A DNA stretch of 64,000 nucleotides from Eubacteriales bacterium (GTDB lineage Bacteria; Bacillota; Clostridia; Oscillospirales; CAG-272): the NCBI GenBank assembly GCA_045612715.1, contig JAZKZP010000011.1, forward strand, positions 2,745 through 66,744, in the 5' to 3' direction. Within the stretch, counting starts at the first letter, position 1, and each line of letters opens with the position of its first letter. A program made the position numbers and the translations under genes. Of this stretch, positions 29,484 to 38,719 are shown one piece after another. Under the pieces are notes generated by a model, which saw only the letters and a program-made list of their open reading frames with translations, was not told the DNA's origin and made no database searches.

Positions 29484-30608
29484 CTAAATTCTTAAAATTT
29501 CAGTATAGCAGAGAATGAATGGGGCAACACCTTTAGCATCATTTTCGACTATAGGTTCAGAAATATAATATTCAAAGCTACCGTCACGGCGAAGATTATT
29601 TTCAGGACCAAGTCCTGCTACCAAGCAAATACCGGAAAGATTTAAATCTCCATCTTCCTTGATTTGAAGATATTTTGAGCAAATACCATCAAAGGTTTCT
29701 TTGCCGAATGTGGCAAATTCGCAGGGAAGAACACCTAAACGTGCACCCTTGAGCATAGCATAAGCAAGCATAGAAGAACCGCTAGTTTCAAGGTAATTTC
29801 CTTCGCAGTCACTCATATTGACAACTTGATAGTACATTTTGCTTTCATTATCTCGATAACGGATAATTGAGTGCATAAGCTCGGCAAAAATCTTGGAAAT
29901 TTCAGCTTTAACGTTATCATCATCACATATTTCGATAATGTCAATCATCGCAACTGTGTACCAACCAATAGCTCGTAGCCAGAAATTCTTTGAAAGACCG
30001 GTTTCTTTGTCTGCCCAGAAAATTGATTTGGAACAATCAAGGCCATGATAATAAAGACCTGTTTTTTCGTCAAACATATATTTTCTGACATTTTTAATTT
30101 GCATTAGAATATCGGTATAATCTTTATTACCCTTGTATTTTTGATATTTAGTGCTGAATACCTGTGCCATATAAAGACCGTCAAGCCATATCTGATTGGG
30201 ATAAATGAACTTGTGCCAAAAGTTATTTGTACAGGTTCTTGGTTGACTCTTGAGTTGAAGTGCTTGATGCTCAATTGCAAGACGATATTTTTCTTTTCCC
30301 GTCTTTTCATAAAGTTCAAATAACACTCTGCCTTCGTTCAAGTCATCAAGATTATATTTTTGAATATCATAACCACGAATAGTGCCATCATCAAAAACGT
30401 AATAATCTATGAATTTTTCAGCAAAATCAAAATATTTAGGATTTTCAGTAATCTTTCCAATCTCAAGAAGGGAAGTAATCATACATCCGTCAATATAATT
30501 CCAATGCGGTTTTTTGCCTTGTCGAATGCTTTCAATATTCCAAATCGGTGCATCAGAAGTTGAGCAATTAAGCAATTTGTCGATATAGGCATCAATTTTT
30601 GCGTACAT
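29484..30608 (-). CDS. GH105 unsaturated (rhamno)galacturonyl hydrolase
   Basis: WNYIDGCM, YNLD, FWHK.IYPNQIWLDGLYM, WLRAIGW, YLETSGS. Confidence 0.93.
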   Translation of the reverse strand: MYAKIDAYIDKLLNCSTSDAPIWNIESIRQGKKPHWNYIDGCMITSLLEIGKITENPKYFDFAEKFIDYYVFDDGTIRGYDIQKYNLDDLNEGRVLFELYEKTGKEKYRLAIEHQALQLKSQPRTCTNNFWHKFIYPNQIWLDGLYMAQVFSTKYQKYKGNKDYTDILMQIKNVRKYMFDEKTGLYYHGLDCSKSIFWADKETGLSKNFWLRAIGWYTVAMIDIIEICDDDNVKAEISKIFAELMHSIIRYRDNESKMYYQVVNMSDCEGNYLETSGSSMLAYAMLKGARLGVLPCEFATFGKETFDGICSKYLQIKEDGDLNLSGICLVAGLGPENNLRRDGSFEYYISEPIVENDAKGVAPFILCYTEILRI

Positions 30609-30626
30609 AAAAGCATCCTTTCAAAG

Positions 30627-32165
30627 TTATTTTACAATGTTTTTAACATTTTTGGTAATGATTTTTTCGCCTTCATTACCTTCTATAGTAATATCTTTTA
30701 CAGTTATAGTTTCAACATTATCAAGATACATACCCATTTTGCAAACCTTCTCAGCAAAATTTTTCATAATCGGAACGAAAGGTTTGGCATTATCTGAAAA
30801 TGTAAATCGAATGTTTTCAAATGTTATGGATTTTATAGGTTGTTCAGGCAAGCCGTCGCAATAACAAGCAGCTGCTTCACAATCGGTGCATTCCATATTT
30901 CTAAATGTGAAATCACCAAGATATGGGGTGCGATTATCCACAGGAAGAGCATCGCGACACCAAACATATTGAGAATATCTGTCAGGATCACAGCAATTAT
31001 ACCACATATTGATTGCAATGGGAGTAATAACGCCCTCCATTTTGATATTTTCAAAAAGCACACCATCAATTATTGCATATTTTCCACGTCCACGACGAGT
31101 TTTAATTCTCAAACCTCTATCAGTTTTGCGGAAAATACAACGATTAACAGTAAGATTAGTAACACCACCACTCATCTCACTACCAAGAGTAACCGCACCG
31201 TGTCCAAATTGCATAATACAGTTGCGAATAGTGTGACGATTAGCGGGTGTCTTATATTTTTTAGCCATATCAATCTTTGAAGATTTTATGGCAATGCAGT
31301 CATCGCCAACACTGAATTTACATCCAATGATATTAACTACATCACACGCCTCAGGGTCGATGGCATCCGTATTTGGACTATCTTTGGGGGCAAATATAGA
31401 CATATCAAGCAAATCAATGTTTTGAGAATAATAAGGATGAATTTGCCATGAAGCAGAATTTTGCGCAATAATTCCGTGAACTCTTATATCTTTACAGCGA
31501 TTAAAGAAGAGAAGACGTGGACGTCCAATAGGTGCTTTAGGATTTTGCCACCAAATAGAATTTTGTGCATTTCCATCAACCGTGCCTGGACCAATAATTG
31601 TGATATCTTCTGCATATTCAGCAAAGATGAGTGCTTGGTGCATAGTTACAGAATTACCTTCCCAAGTACCAAACTCTAATTCTTCACCATTTAACATATC
31701 AATAGTATGTCCCGGAATCACGGGGTACTTGCTTGTATCAATATGACCAAGTAAAGTAGCACCTTCTGAAAATTCAAGAACAATATGACTCTTAAGGCAA
31801 AGTGGAGCAGAAAGATAAGTTCCTTTTGGAAAATACAATTTAGCACCGAGGGGAAGACAGTTGATTGCTGTTTGTATTGCCATAGTATCTTCAGTAATAC
31901 CATCACCAACTGCACCAAAATCTTTAACATTTACAACACAAGTATCTTTTTTTGTTTTAAAAGTAATTTCAAAATTCGAAATAGAACTTGTAAGTTTGTA
32001 TTCTTTATTTGAATCAAGTCCAAATAAAGAAAATACGTTTGTATTGGAGGTCAAAACCTCATTTCCATCAAGATAGATGGTATATTCTTTTTCAGTATTA
32101 TAGGGAAGATCATTCTTCCATTCAAAACACACTGAACTAGATGAAATAAATAAAGTATTAAGCAT
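30627..32165 (-). CDS. GH28 (exo-)polygalacturonase, no obvious signal peptide
   Basis: SPNTD, GDDCIAIKS, GHG, GSEMSGG, GLRIK. Confidence 0.94.
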   Translation of the reverse strand: MLNTLFISSSSVCFEWKNDLPYNTEKEYTIYLDGNEVLTSNTNVFSLFGLDSNKEYKLTSSISNFEITFKTKKDTCVVNVKDFGAVGDGITEDTMAIQTAINCLPLGAKLYFPKGTYLSAPLCLKSHIVLEFSEGATLLGHIDTSKYPVIPGHTIDMLNGEELEFGTWEGNSVTMHQALIFAEYAEDITIIGPGTVDGNAQNSIWWQNPKAPIGRPRLLFFNRCKDIRVHGIIAQNSASWQIHPYYSQNIDLLDMSIFAPKDSPNTDAIDPEACDVVNIIGCKFSVGDDCIAIKSSKIDMAKKYKTPANRHTIRNCIMQFGHGAVTLGSEMSGGVTNLTVNRCIFRKTDRGLRIKTRRGRGKYAIIDGVLFENIKMEGVITPIAINMWYNCCDPDRYSQYVWCRDALPVDNRTPYLGDFTFRNMECTDCEAAACYCDGLPEQPIKSITFENIRFTFSDNAKPFVPIMKNFAEKVCKMGMYLDNVETITVKDITIEGNEGEKIITKNVKNIVK

Positions 32166-32166
32166 A

Positions 32167-32766
32167 TTATTGTTTATTTACCTTGTTTTTTGCATCATTA
32201 ATGATTGTTTTCATTAGATTTTTCATACTGATGAACAATATATCAATTAACATATAGAAAATACCAAAAAGAATAGGTTCAACACCAATTTTGATAACTT
32301 CATATACCCAAATAACACAGTAGAGAACAATGAATGAATAAAAGATATTAGCAATAAAAGTCCAATATTTTTTCTTCGAAAACATCATCCACTTATCGTT
32401 TTCACCCGGTAGGGTTTCTACAAAGCGAAGTGCATTATTGGTCAGCAAATCAGTTACCATACCAAGAACAACTGATAGAACTACAATCATATCAAGATAA
32501 CTCGGAATATATAAACCAAGTCCCCAAAAGATGAAATAACAAACAGCACCATTAAACCAAAATTTGATAAATAATGCCTTAACAGGTGCAGGAATTCTAT
32601 CTAAAAATCCACTTCGATATTGTTTGGCGGGGTCTTTTAATTGAGTGACTTTTGAAGTATCAATCTTATCTGCGTTGACAAGTCTGTCAACTGCTTTAGT
32701 ATTTAATTTATAGTAATCTTTTTCTTTGTTAATATTACGGGGGGAATTATGTTTGTCTTTAGCCAT
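32167..32766 (-). CDS. Uncharacterised membrane protein (~4 TM) in ABC operon
   Basis: 1-bp and 9-bp gaps to neighbours; hydrophobic segments; no recognised motif. Confidence 0.8.
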   Translation of the reverse strand: MAKDKHNSPRNINKEKDYYKLNTKAVDRLVNADKIDTSKVTQLKDPAKQYRSGFLDRIPAPVKALFIKFWFNGAVCYFIFWGLGLYIPSYLDMIVVLSVVLGMVTDLLTNNALRFVETLPGENDKWMMFSKKKYWTFIANIFYSFIVLYCVIWVYEVIKIGVEPILFGIFYMLIDILFISMKNLMKTIINDAKNKVNKQ

Positions 32767-32775
32767 TGTTGAAAT

Positions 32776-33315
32776 TTACTCCTCGTCAACAAGTTCAATG
32801 TCAGCAACAGTGGTTTCTTCAAGTTCAACACTTGTGTTAATTTTCTTAAGAAGTTTTGCAAACAAGGGTTCGAGAAGAACTGTAACTGCAGTAATTGCTA
32901 CAAGAACAATATGAATGGTTAAAACATTTTGGGCAGAATAAATGAACAATGTACTACTTGTAACTTTAACTGCGCTATTGATTATACGATTAATATAAAT
33001 AATATCTGATACGATGATTATTACAAAGAAAACCAAAATAATTGCAATCATAGAATAATTTGGCTTTTGTCTTTTTGGGAAAGCGTTCAAAAGGCAAATC
33101 ATACACAAGAGTGAAAGTAGCATTGATACGAATTCACAAAGACCCATTCCAATACCCTGAATTCTTGCAGTTGTGTTAGAAATGTCTGTGAGATTTAAAG
33201 AGAATACCAAGAAAGATACAATTAACATAGCAAAGGGAATCATACTAGGATTCTTTTTTAAGGTTACTAAGAATTTACGAACGAATTCCTTGAAAAAATT
33301 ATTTTTTTGTTTCAT
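32776..33315 (-). CDS. Uncharacterised 4-TM membrane protein in ABC operon
   Basis: AAGGAG RBS, four hydrophobic helices, acidic tail. Confidence 0.82.
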   Translation of the reverse strand: MKQKNNFFKEFVRKFLVTLKKNPSMIPFAMLIVSFLVFSLNLTDISNTTARIQGIGMGLCEFVSMLLSLLCMICLLNAFPKRQKPNYSMIAIILVFFVIIIVSDIIYINRIINSAVKVTSSTLFIYSAQNVLTIHIVLVAITAVTVLLEPLFAKLLKKINTSVELEETTVADIELVDEE

Positions 33316-33326
33316 GTTTTCGCTCC

Positions 33327-34391
33327 TTATCTTATAGCATTGGTAGTTTCTTTATCAAAAAAGTGCATATTGGTAATCGATGCAGAAACTAAATCGCCTT
33401 TTTTGAATTCACACCATTCACGGAATTTTGCAGTGATCTTGTGTCCTTTTACATTACCGTGAATAAGTGTTGTTTGACCGAGATTTTCATTAAGAGTAAC
33501 ATCAATATTTATGTAACCATTATTATCTTGAATAATATTTTCCGGACGTACCCCTAAAATTACTTCCTTGCCTACATATGAAGAAAGAGTTTTCTTTTGG
33601 TTTTCATTTAGCGGTGCAGAGAAATACTCGCTCACAAAATAACCATTATCAATCTTACCATTAAAGAAATTCATTGGTGGAAGACCAATAAAGCTTGCAA
33701 CGAAAGTATTAGCAGGATTGTCGTAAAGTTCAAGAGGAGTACCTACTTGCTGAATGTAACCCATTGACATACATACAATTCTGTCTGCAAGAGTAAGTGC
33801 TTCAGTCTGGTCATGAGTAACGTAGAGCATCGTCGTTCCAAGTCGCTTATGGAGAAGAAGAATCTCACGTCTTGTTGCACCCCTAAGCTTTGCATCAAGA
33901 TTGGAAAGTGGTTCGTCAAAAAGGAACACTTTGGGTGTACGAACAATAGCACGTCCCATAGCAACACGCTGGCGCTGACCACCGGAAAGTTGTTTTGGCT
34001 TTTTATTAAGTTGGTCGGTGAGTCCAAGAATTTCAGCAGCAGCGAGAACCTTTTCATGAATAATATTGGGATTTTCCTTACGCAAGGTAAGTGAAAATGC
34101 CATATTTTCATAAACCGTCATATGACCGTAAAGCGCATAGTTTTGGAATACCATCGCAATATCTCTATCCTTAGCAGGCAACTGGGTAACATCCTTGCCG
34201 TCAATAATAAGCGCACCCGAAGTAATATCTTCAAGCCCAGCGATCATACGAAGGGTAGTAGATTTACCACAACCCGAAGGGCCAACGAGAACTATAAATT
34301 CTCCGTCTTTAACGTCAAGATTAAAATCAAAAACTGCTTGAACGTTATTATCATATATTTTGTTAATATTCTTTAAGCTTAATGAAGCCAT
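33327..34391 (-). CDS. Carbohydrate ABC transporter ATP-binding protein (MalK/MsmK type), copy 1
   Basis: GPSGCGKS, LSGGQRQR, DEPLSNLDAKLR, YVTHDQ. ATG at 34391 after AAAGGTG. Confidence 0.95.
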   Translation of the reverse strand: MASLSLKNINKIYDNNVQAVFDFNLDVKDGEFIVLVGPSGCGKSTTLRMIAGLEDITSGALIIDGKDVTQLPAKDRDIAMVFQNYALYGHMTVYENMAFSLTLRKENPNIIHEKVLAAAEILGLTDQLNKKPKQLSGGQRQRVAMGRAIVRTPKVFLFDEPLSNLDAKLRGATRREILLLHKRLGTTMLYVTHDQTEALTLADRIVCMSMGYIQQVGTPLELYDNPANTFVASFIGLPPMNFFNGKIDNGYFVSEYFSAPLNENQKKTLSSYVGKEVILGVRPENIIQDNNGYINIDVTLNENLGQTTLIHGNVKGHKITAKFREWCEFKKGDLVSASITNMHFFDKETTNAIR

Positions 34392-34430
34392 AAAATGCAC
34401 ACCTTTCTTTTTTGGAGTGTTTGGAGATAA

Positions 34431-34910
34431 TTAATTAGAAAGAGTTTTTTCGTAATCTCTAAGAGTTTTCGTTCTATATATTCCAATAAGACCTGTTGCA
34501 AAGCAAGCAAGAGCTGAACAAAGAAGGCAAACACACACCCAAATAAACTGCTTATCATCCATAACCATAGTGGATAAGCCATCAACTGAAATCATTTGAC
34601 TGTGAGCTTTTAACGGAATATAGAATATTCTCAAAATTTGAAATGCACCCAAAGGAATAAAAGCAATGCAATAACCCATTTTATAGTTTTTTACACCTTC
34701 AGAGCAGAGAAAAGCACCAAGAAGGAAAAGAAGATTACAAACAACCGAAAATCCCATGGTGTTATTGTAGTAGTAGTTTCCTACATTTTTATGATATATA
34801 CTGACGAAATAGAGAACATTAAATATAATTGCAACGTAAGCTTGTGAAGCGGTTGAGGAATTCTTTGTATAACGTAAACGGTCTTTTTGAACATCTATAA
34901 TTTTAGCCAT
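34431..34910 (-). CDS. Uncharacterised 4-TM membrane protein in ABC operon
   Basis: GGAGG RBS lies within the end of the upstream gene; four hydrophobic segments. Confidence 0.82.
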   Translation of the reverse strand: MAKIIDVQKDRLRYTKNSSTASQAYVAIIFNVLYFVSIYHKNVGNYYYNNTMGFSVVCNLLFLLGAFLCSEGVKNYKMGYCIAFIPLGAFQILRIFYIPLKAHSQMISVDGLSTMVMDDKQFIWVCVCLLCSALACFATGLIGIYRTKTLRDYEKTLSN

Positions 34911-34914
34911 ACAT

Positions 34915-35520
34915 TTATTCCTCCAATCCTTCTTTAATAAGCTGTTCTTCTTGTTTCATCAATTTTATTTTCCAAATTAAGTTTAAAATGTTTATAGCTG
35001 CAACAATAATAAGAATAGCAGAAATAACAAAACCAAAATCAAACCAAAATGTAGAATTTTGGTCGATATAAAGAGTTTTCCATTCTTCTGCATATGCTTT
35101 AAGGGCTTCAAAGTCAACTGTGGTTAAATATTGGGTTTTAAACTTTGAAACATTAATTGCAGACCAAATAGCAACACCCACATATGCCAAAGAAGAAATA
35201 GCTATTGTAACATAATTTGCCACATAGTATTTTCTGCGTGAATGGGTATTGGATAAAAATAAAGCTAAACTGCAAATAATAAGAATTATTGATACAGTGG
35301 TAAGATTTTTATTAAATGGCTGAATATGACAAAAGATTTCAGCACCCTTTACGGAAGTAATATATTTATCATCATAAAGGTTTGGGTCGGATTTCATTGG
35401 TGGATACAAAGCATCATAAAGATCAGTAGCAAATCCGAGCGAATATATAAATAAAATAGCTGATGCTGCGAGAACTAAAAGGCAAACCAGCTTTTGAAAT
35501 TTCATTTGTTTCTTATACAT
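34915..35520 (-). CDS. Uncharacterised 4-TM membrane protein in ABC operon
   Basis: Four hydrophobic helices with two long polar loops; start uncertain (35520, 35532 or 35565). Confidence 0.8.
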   Translation of the reverse strand: MYKKQMKFQKLVCLLVLAASAILFIYSLGFATDLYDALYPPMKSDPNLYDDKYITSVKGAEIFCHIQPFNKNLTTVSIILIICSLALFLSNTHSRRKYYVANYVTIAISSLAYVGVAIWSAINVSKFKTQYLTTVDFEALKAYAEEWKTLYIDQNSTFWFDFGFVISAILIIVAAINILNLIWKIKLMKQEEQLIKEGLEE

Positions 35521-35596
35521 AATTTCATCCATTCTGTCGCGTAACGTCGCGTGACGCGACTTCACGAAATTTTAAAGTGTTAAAAAATAGTTTTGT

Positions 35597-35623
35597 GAGA
35601 GGGGGAGCGAGGCTCCCCCCCTC
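35597..35623 (-). other. GC-rich stem-loop 3' of the binding-protein gene, no U tract on the sense strand
   Basis: Minus strand reads GAGGGGGGGAGC-ctc-GCTCCCCCTCTC followed by ACAAAAC. Confidence 0.65.
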
Positions 35624-35658
35624 TTATGATTGGCAATTAAAAATTAGTGATAATTGAA

Positions 35659-37737
35659 TTATTTGTTAAGATCTGCATAGAAAGCCTGAAGTCTTACCCA
35701 AGCGTCATTTTTGATCTTAAGATACTGTTCGCCACTCCATGTTGCAGATACTGCTTCGAGCATTTCGGCACGAGAAGAAGGAACATCGCCTGTGTAACCA
35801 TTCTGAATAATGCTTACAAGGAAGTTGATACCACCCTTAGAAGAAGAGAAGTTACCATTTGAACCAAGCTTATCATATCCACCGATAATTGTATTTTCAC
35901 CTGCAGTTGTGGGAAGAACTGTGGGAACTGATGTGTACCAAGGATTTTCTGTGATAGCAAGTTCGGGATGCTTGATTGTTCCAAGTGCAATAGCATTAGA
36001 AATCTTAGCAGCGCCTTCCTTACCAACAACGTGTGTGCACTGATATTCAAAGGACTGGCTCTTTACGAAAGAAAGTGTAGAACCAAGATAGAAACGTGCA
36101 TAGTTTGTATAGTTACCAGATGCAAGAGTCCAAAGTTCTTTAGATGTAGCATCTGCGATAACGGGCCACTGCTGACCATTGAAGTTGAACATTACCATGT
36201 TGCCGTTTTCATCATGCTTGATGAATTCCTTAGGACCATAGGACATAAGGATCTGACCTTCTCTACTGTAAGCATAGTCGATAAGTGCAAGTGCCTTTTC
36301 AAGCTTCTTAGCATCATCAGCGATACCTGCCTTAGAAAGAGCCCAACCGTCTGTCTTAACAGATCTCCAAGATTCTGTAAATCTCATATATTTTTCGCCA
36401 GTTCCGTCATTCCAACAAGCAACGGGAACCATAACTGCCATATACTTTTCACCATCCTGAAGGTCGGTTTCATTATAAGCAGTCTGTGTCTGGTTGTAGT
36501 CGTAGTGCATAAAGCCAGCATCTGTCTTAAGCATTGTAGAAGTATTGTTCTTCTGTTCTGCTATGAATGAGGAAGAAATAAGACCTTCCTGAGCCATTGC
36601 GTTCATTCTTTCAAGTGCTACGTAAGTAGCTTCTTCCTGACGAGCGTCATGGAGCATACCGTCATTACCTACATAGAGATAATCCTGACGGGATTCAAGA
36701 CCACGAACTCCGAAGAGTGTTCCTGCGAAACGGAACATATCAACACGTCTTTGGTTGTTGTCATCTTCACGAGAGAAAAGACCTTCGATTGAATCGCCAC
36801 CGTTAAGTGTCTGAGGGTTAGCAACTACGCAACGGAGAAGAGCAACAAGCTCGTCTGCGTCCCAAGCAGCATCCTGACCGATGAAGAGGTCAGCTCTGTT
36901 TGTGCCGTAGTAACCGTTGTAAGCTTCGTCAATGTATTTACGAAGCATATTAACTGCTGCAACACCGTCAAGTGTGCCTGCAGCGTTCATATTAGCAATA
37001 ATATTACCAGCCTTGTCATAATCCTTTGTAAGTGTGATTACAGCATTGCCATCTTTGTTAACAGCATCAACTTCAACCTTGCCACTTGTAGGCATATAAG
37101 GAGTATAAACTGCTGCTTTAAGCTGATTAGAAGCTTCAGCTGTGAATTCGCCTTCACCGTTAAGGAGTTTTTCTACCCAGTCTGTTCTCATAAGGGGCAT
37201 ACGTTCGATATCGTTTACACCGTCGAAATAGGGTGAGAAGTAGATTGCGCCGTTTGTTGTGTCACCTGTAATAGAGAGACGAACAATGGGGTTAGATTCT
37301 AGATAAGCCTTGAAGTTAGGCATCTGATCAAGATAATCAGCGAGGTTGATGAGCTTACCAGCAACGCCGTTTTCGTTAAGAATAGCAGCGGAACCAGAAA
37401 CCATATCTACTTCGTTAAGCTTTTCTTGCCATACCTTAAATTCCTTTTCTGCGGAACCTGCACCTGTGAACTTATCTTCGAATGTTACACCGAGAATTTC
37501 TTGAAGTGCTGCCCAAGTGGGTTTAAGGTCGCCTGTAAAGTAGGTCTTGCCATCTGCAAGTGTAAGACCTTCTTCTTTAATACCGGAGTCTGCGGTAAAT
37601 GTAATTCCGGTCTTTGTGTTGTTGTATCCGGTTGCCATTCTAAGAACAACTTCGTCTTCAACAACAGGTTGGTCAGGACATGCTACAAGAGAGAGCATCA
37701 TCACAAGCACCAATGCGAATGCTAAGAGTTTTTTCAT
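35659..37737 (-). CDS. Large ABC substrate-binding lipoprotein (probable oligogalacturonide binding), 692 aa
   Basis: MKK start and lipobox SLVAC; NLADYLDQMPNF, MRTDW..KLL, ALALIDYAYSREGQILMSYGP. ATG at 37737 after GGAGG. Confidence 0.9.
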   Translation of the reverse strand: MKKLLAFALVLVMMLSLVACPDQPVVEDEVVLRMATGYNNTKTGITFTADSGIKEEGLTLADGKTYFTGDLKPTWAALQEILGVTFEDKFTGAGSAEKEFKVWQEKLNEVDMVSGSAAILNENGVAGKLINLADYLDQMPNFKAYLESNPIVRLSITGDTTNGAIYFSPYFDGVNDIERMPLMRTDWVEKLLNGEGEFTAEASNQLKAAVYTPYMPTSGKVEVDAVNKDGNAVITLTKDYDKAGNIIANMNAAGTLDGVAAVNMLRKYIDEAYNGYYGTNRADLFIGQDAAWDADELVALLRCVVANPQTLNGGDSIEGLFSREDDNNQRRVDMFRFAGTLFGVRGLESRQDYLYVGNDGMLHDARQEEATYVALERMNAMAQEGLISSSFIAEQKNNTSTMLKTDAGFMHYDYNQTQTAYNETDLQDGEKYMAVMVPVACWNDGTGEKYMRFTESWRSVKTDGWALSKAGIADDAKKLEKALALIDYAYSREGQILMSYGPKEFIKHDENGNMVMFNFNGQQWPVIADATSKELWTLASGNYTNYARFYLGSTLSFVKSQSFEYQCTHVVGKEGAAKISNAIALGTIKHPELAITENPWYTSVPTVLPTTAGENTIIGGYDKLGSNGNFSSSKGGINFLVSIIQNGYTGDVPSSRAEMLEAVSATWSGEQYLKIKNDAWVRLQAFYADLNK

Positions 37738-37814
37738 GGTTTTTTCCTCCATAATATAAATATTTATTATCACGAGCATTCTTGCTCAATAATAACCTAA
37801 AAATTGAAAAAGAA

Positions 37815-38705
37815 TTATTCTTTAACGCCACCCATATTTACGCCTTTTGCAAAGTATTTTTGAATAAAGGGGTAAATAACAAGAATCGGAATAACAGAGC
37901 AAACTATAAGAGCAAATATTACAGAGTCAGAAGCATAACTTTCATTCCAAAGTGACATAATTTCAGGGTCTTGATAATCCTCAAGATATTTTCTGATAAA
38001 TACCTGAAGGGGTTGTTCGTTAGTGTTGGTAATCATCTGACGCGCCCAGAAGTAACCATTCCAACGAGATATACCAAACAGAAGAGCAACAGTTGCTATT
38101 GTAGATTTACTCATTGGAATATATACATTAGTAAGTACTTGGAATTCAGTAGCGCCGTCAACTATCGCAGCCTCTTCAATTTCAGCAGGCACACCCTCAA
38201 AAGCATTTCTTAAAAGGATAATGTTCATAGCTGCCATACCCATCGCAATAACTACAAGCCATTTATCATCTACAATTCCGATTGAAACAAAAACGTCTTT
38301 AGTATTAAGGTAGTTGATATACTGAGGAACGATACCGGCAGAGAACCACATAGTGAATACAAGGAAGAAGTTGATACCTTTTCTGAAAAGTAATCTCTTC
38401 TTTGAAAGGGCATAACCACCTAAAATAGCAACGCCCATTGCCCAAAGTGTACCGTAAAAGGTGATGAAAAGGGTATTGGTGTATGCATTCCAGAAGTTGT
38501 TATCATTAAACATTTTAGCAAATGCTTCAAACTGTATATCTTTTGGAAAAAGAACAATGTGACCATATTCTACAGCTTCACGACCACTAATTGAAGCGGA
38601 TATAGCATATACGAAAGGATATAAGCAACAAAGAGCAAATACTGTTAGAAATGAATAACTCAATATTTTAAATAAAAGTTCAGTAAATTCAAGTTTTCTT
38701 TTCAT
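37815..38705 (-). CDS. Carbohydrate ABC permease (MalG/YtcP-like)
   Basis: EAA loop IEEAAIVDGA, FSAGIVP.Y, YPFIQKYFAKGV..GGVKE. Confidence 0.94.
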   Translation of the reverse strand: MKRKLEFTELLFKILSYSFLTVFALCCLYPFVYAISASISGREAVEYGHIVLFPKDIQFEAFAKMFNDNNFWNAYTNTLFITFYGTLWAMGVAILGGYALSKKRLLFRKGINFFLVFTMWFSAGIVPQYINYLNTKDVFVSIGIVDDKWLVVIAMGMAAMNIILLRNAFEGVPAEIEEAAIVDGATEFQVLTNVYIPMSKSTIATVALLFGISRWNGYFWARQMITNTNEQPLQVFIRKYLEDYQDPEIMSLWNESYASDSVIFALIVCSVIPILVIYPFIQKYFAKGVNMGGVKE

Positions 38706-38719
38706 TTTTAGCTACCTCC

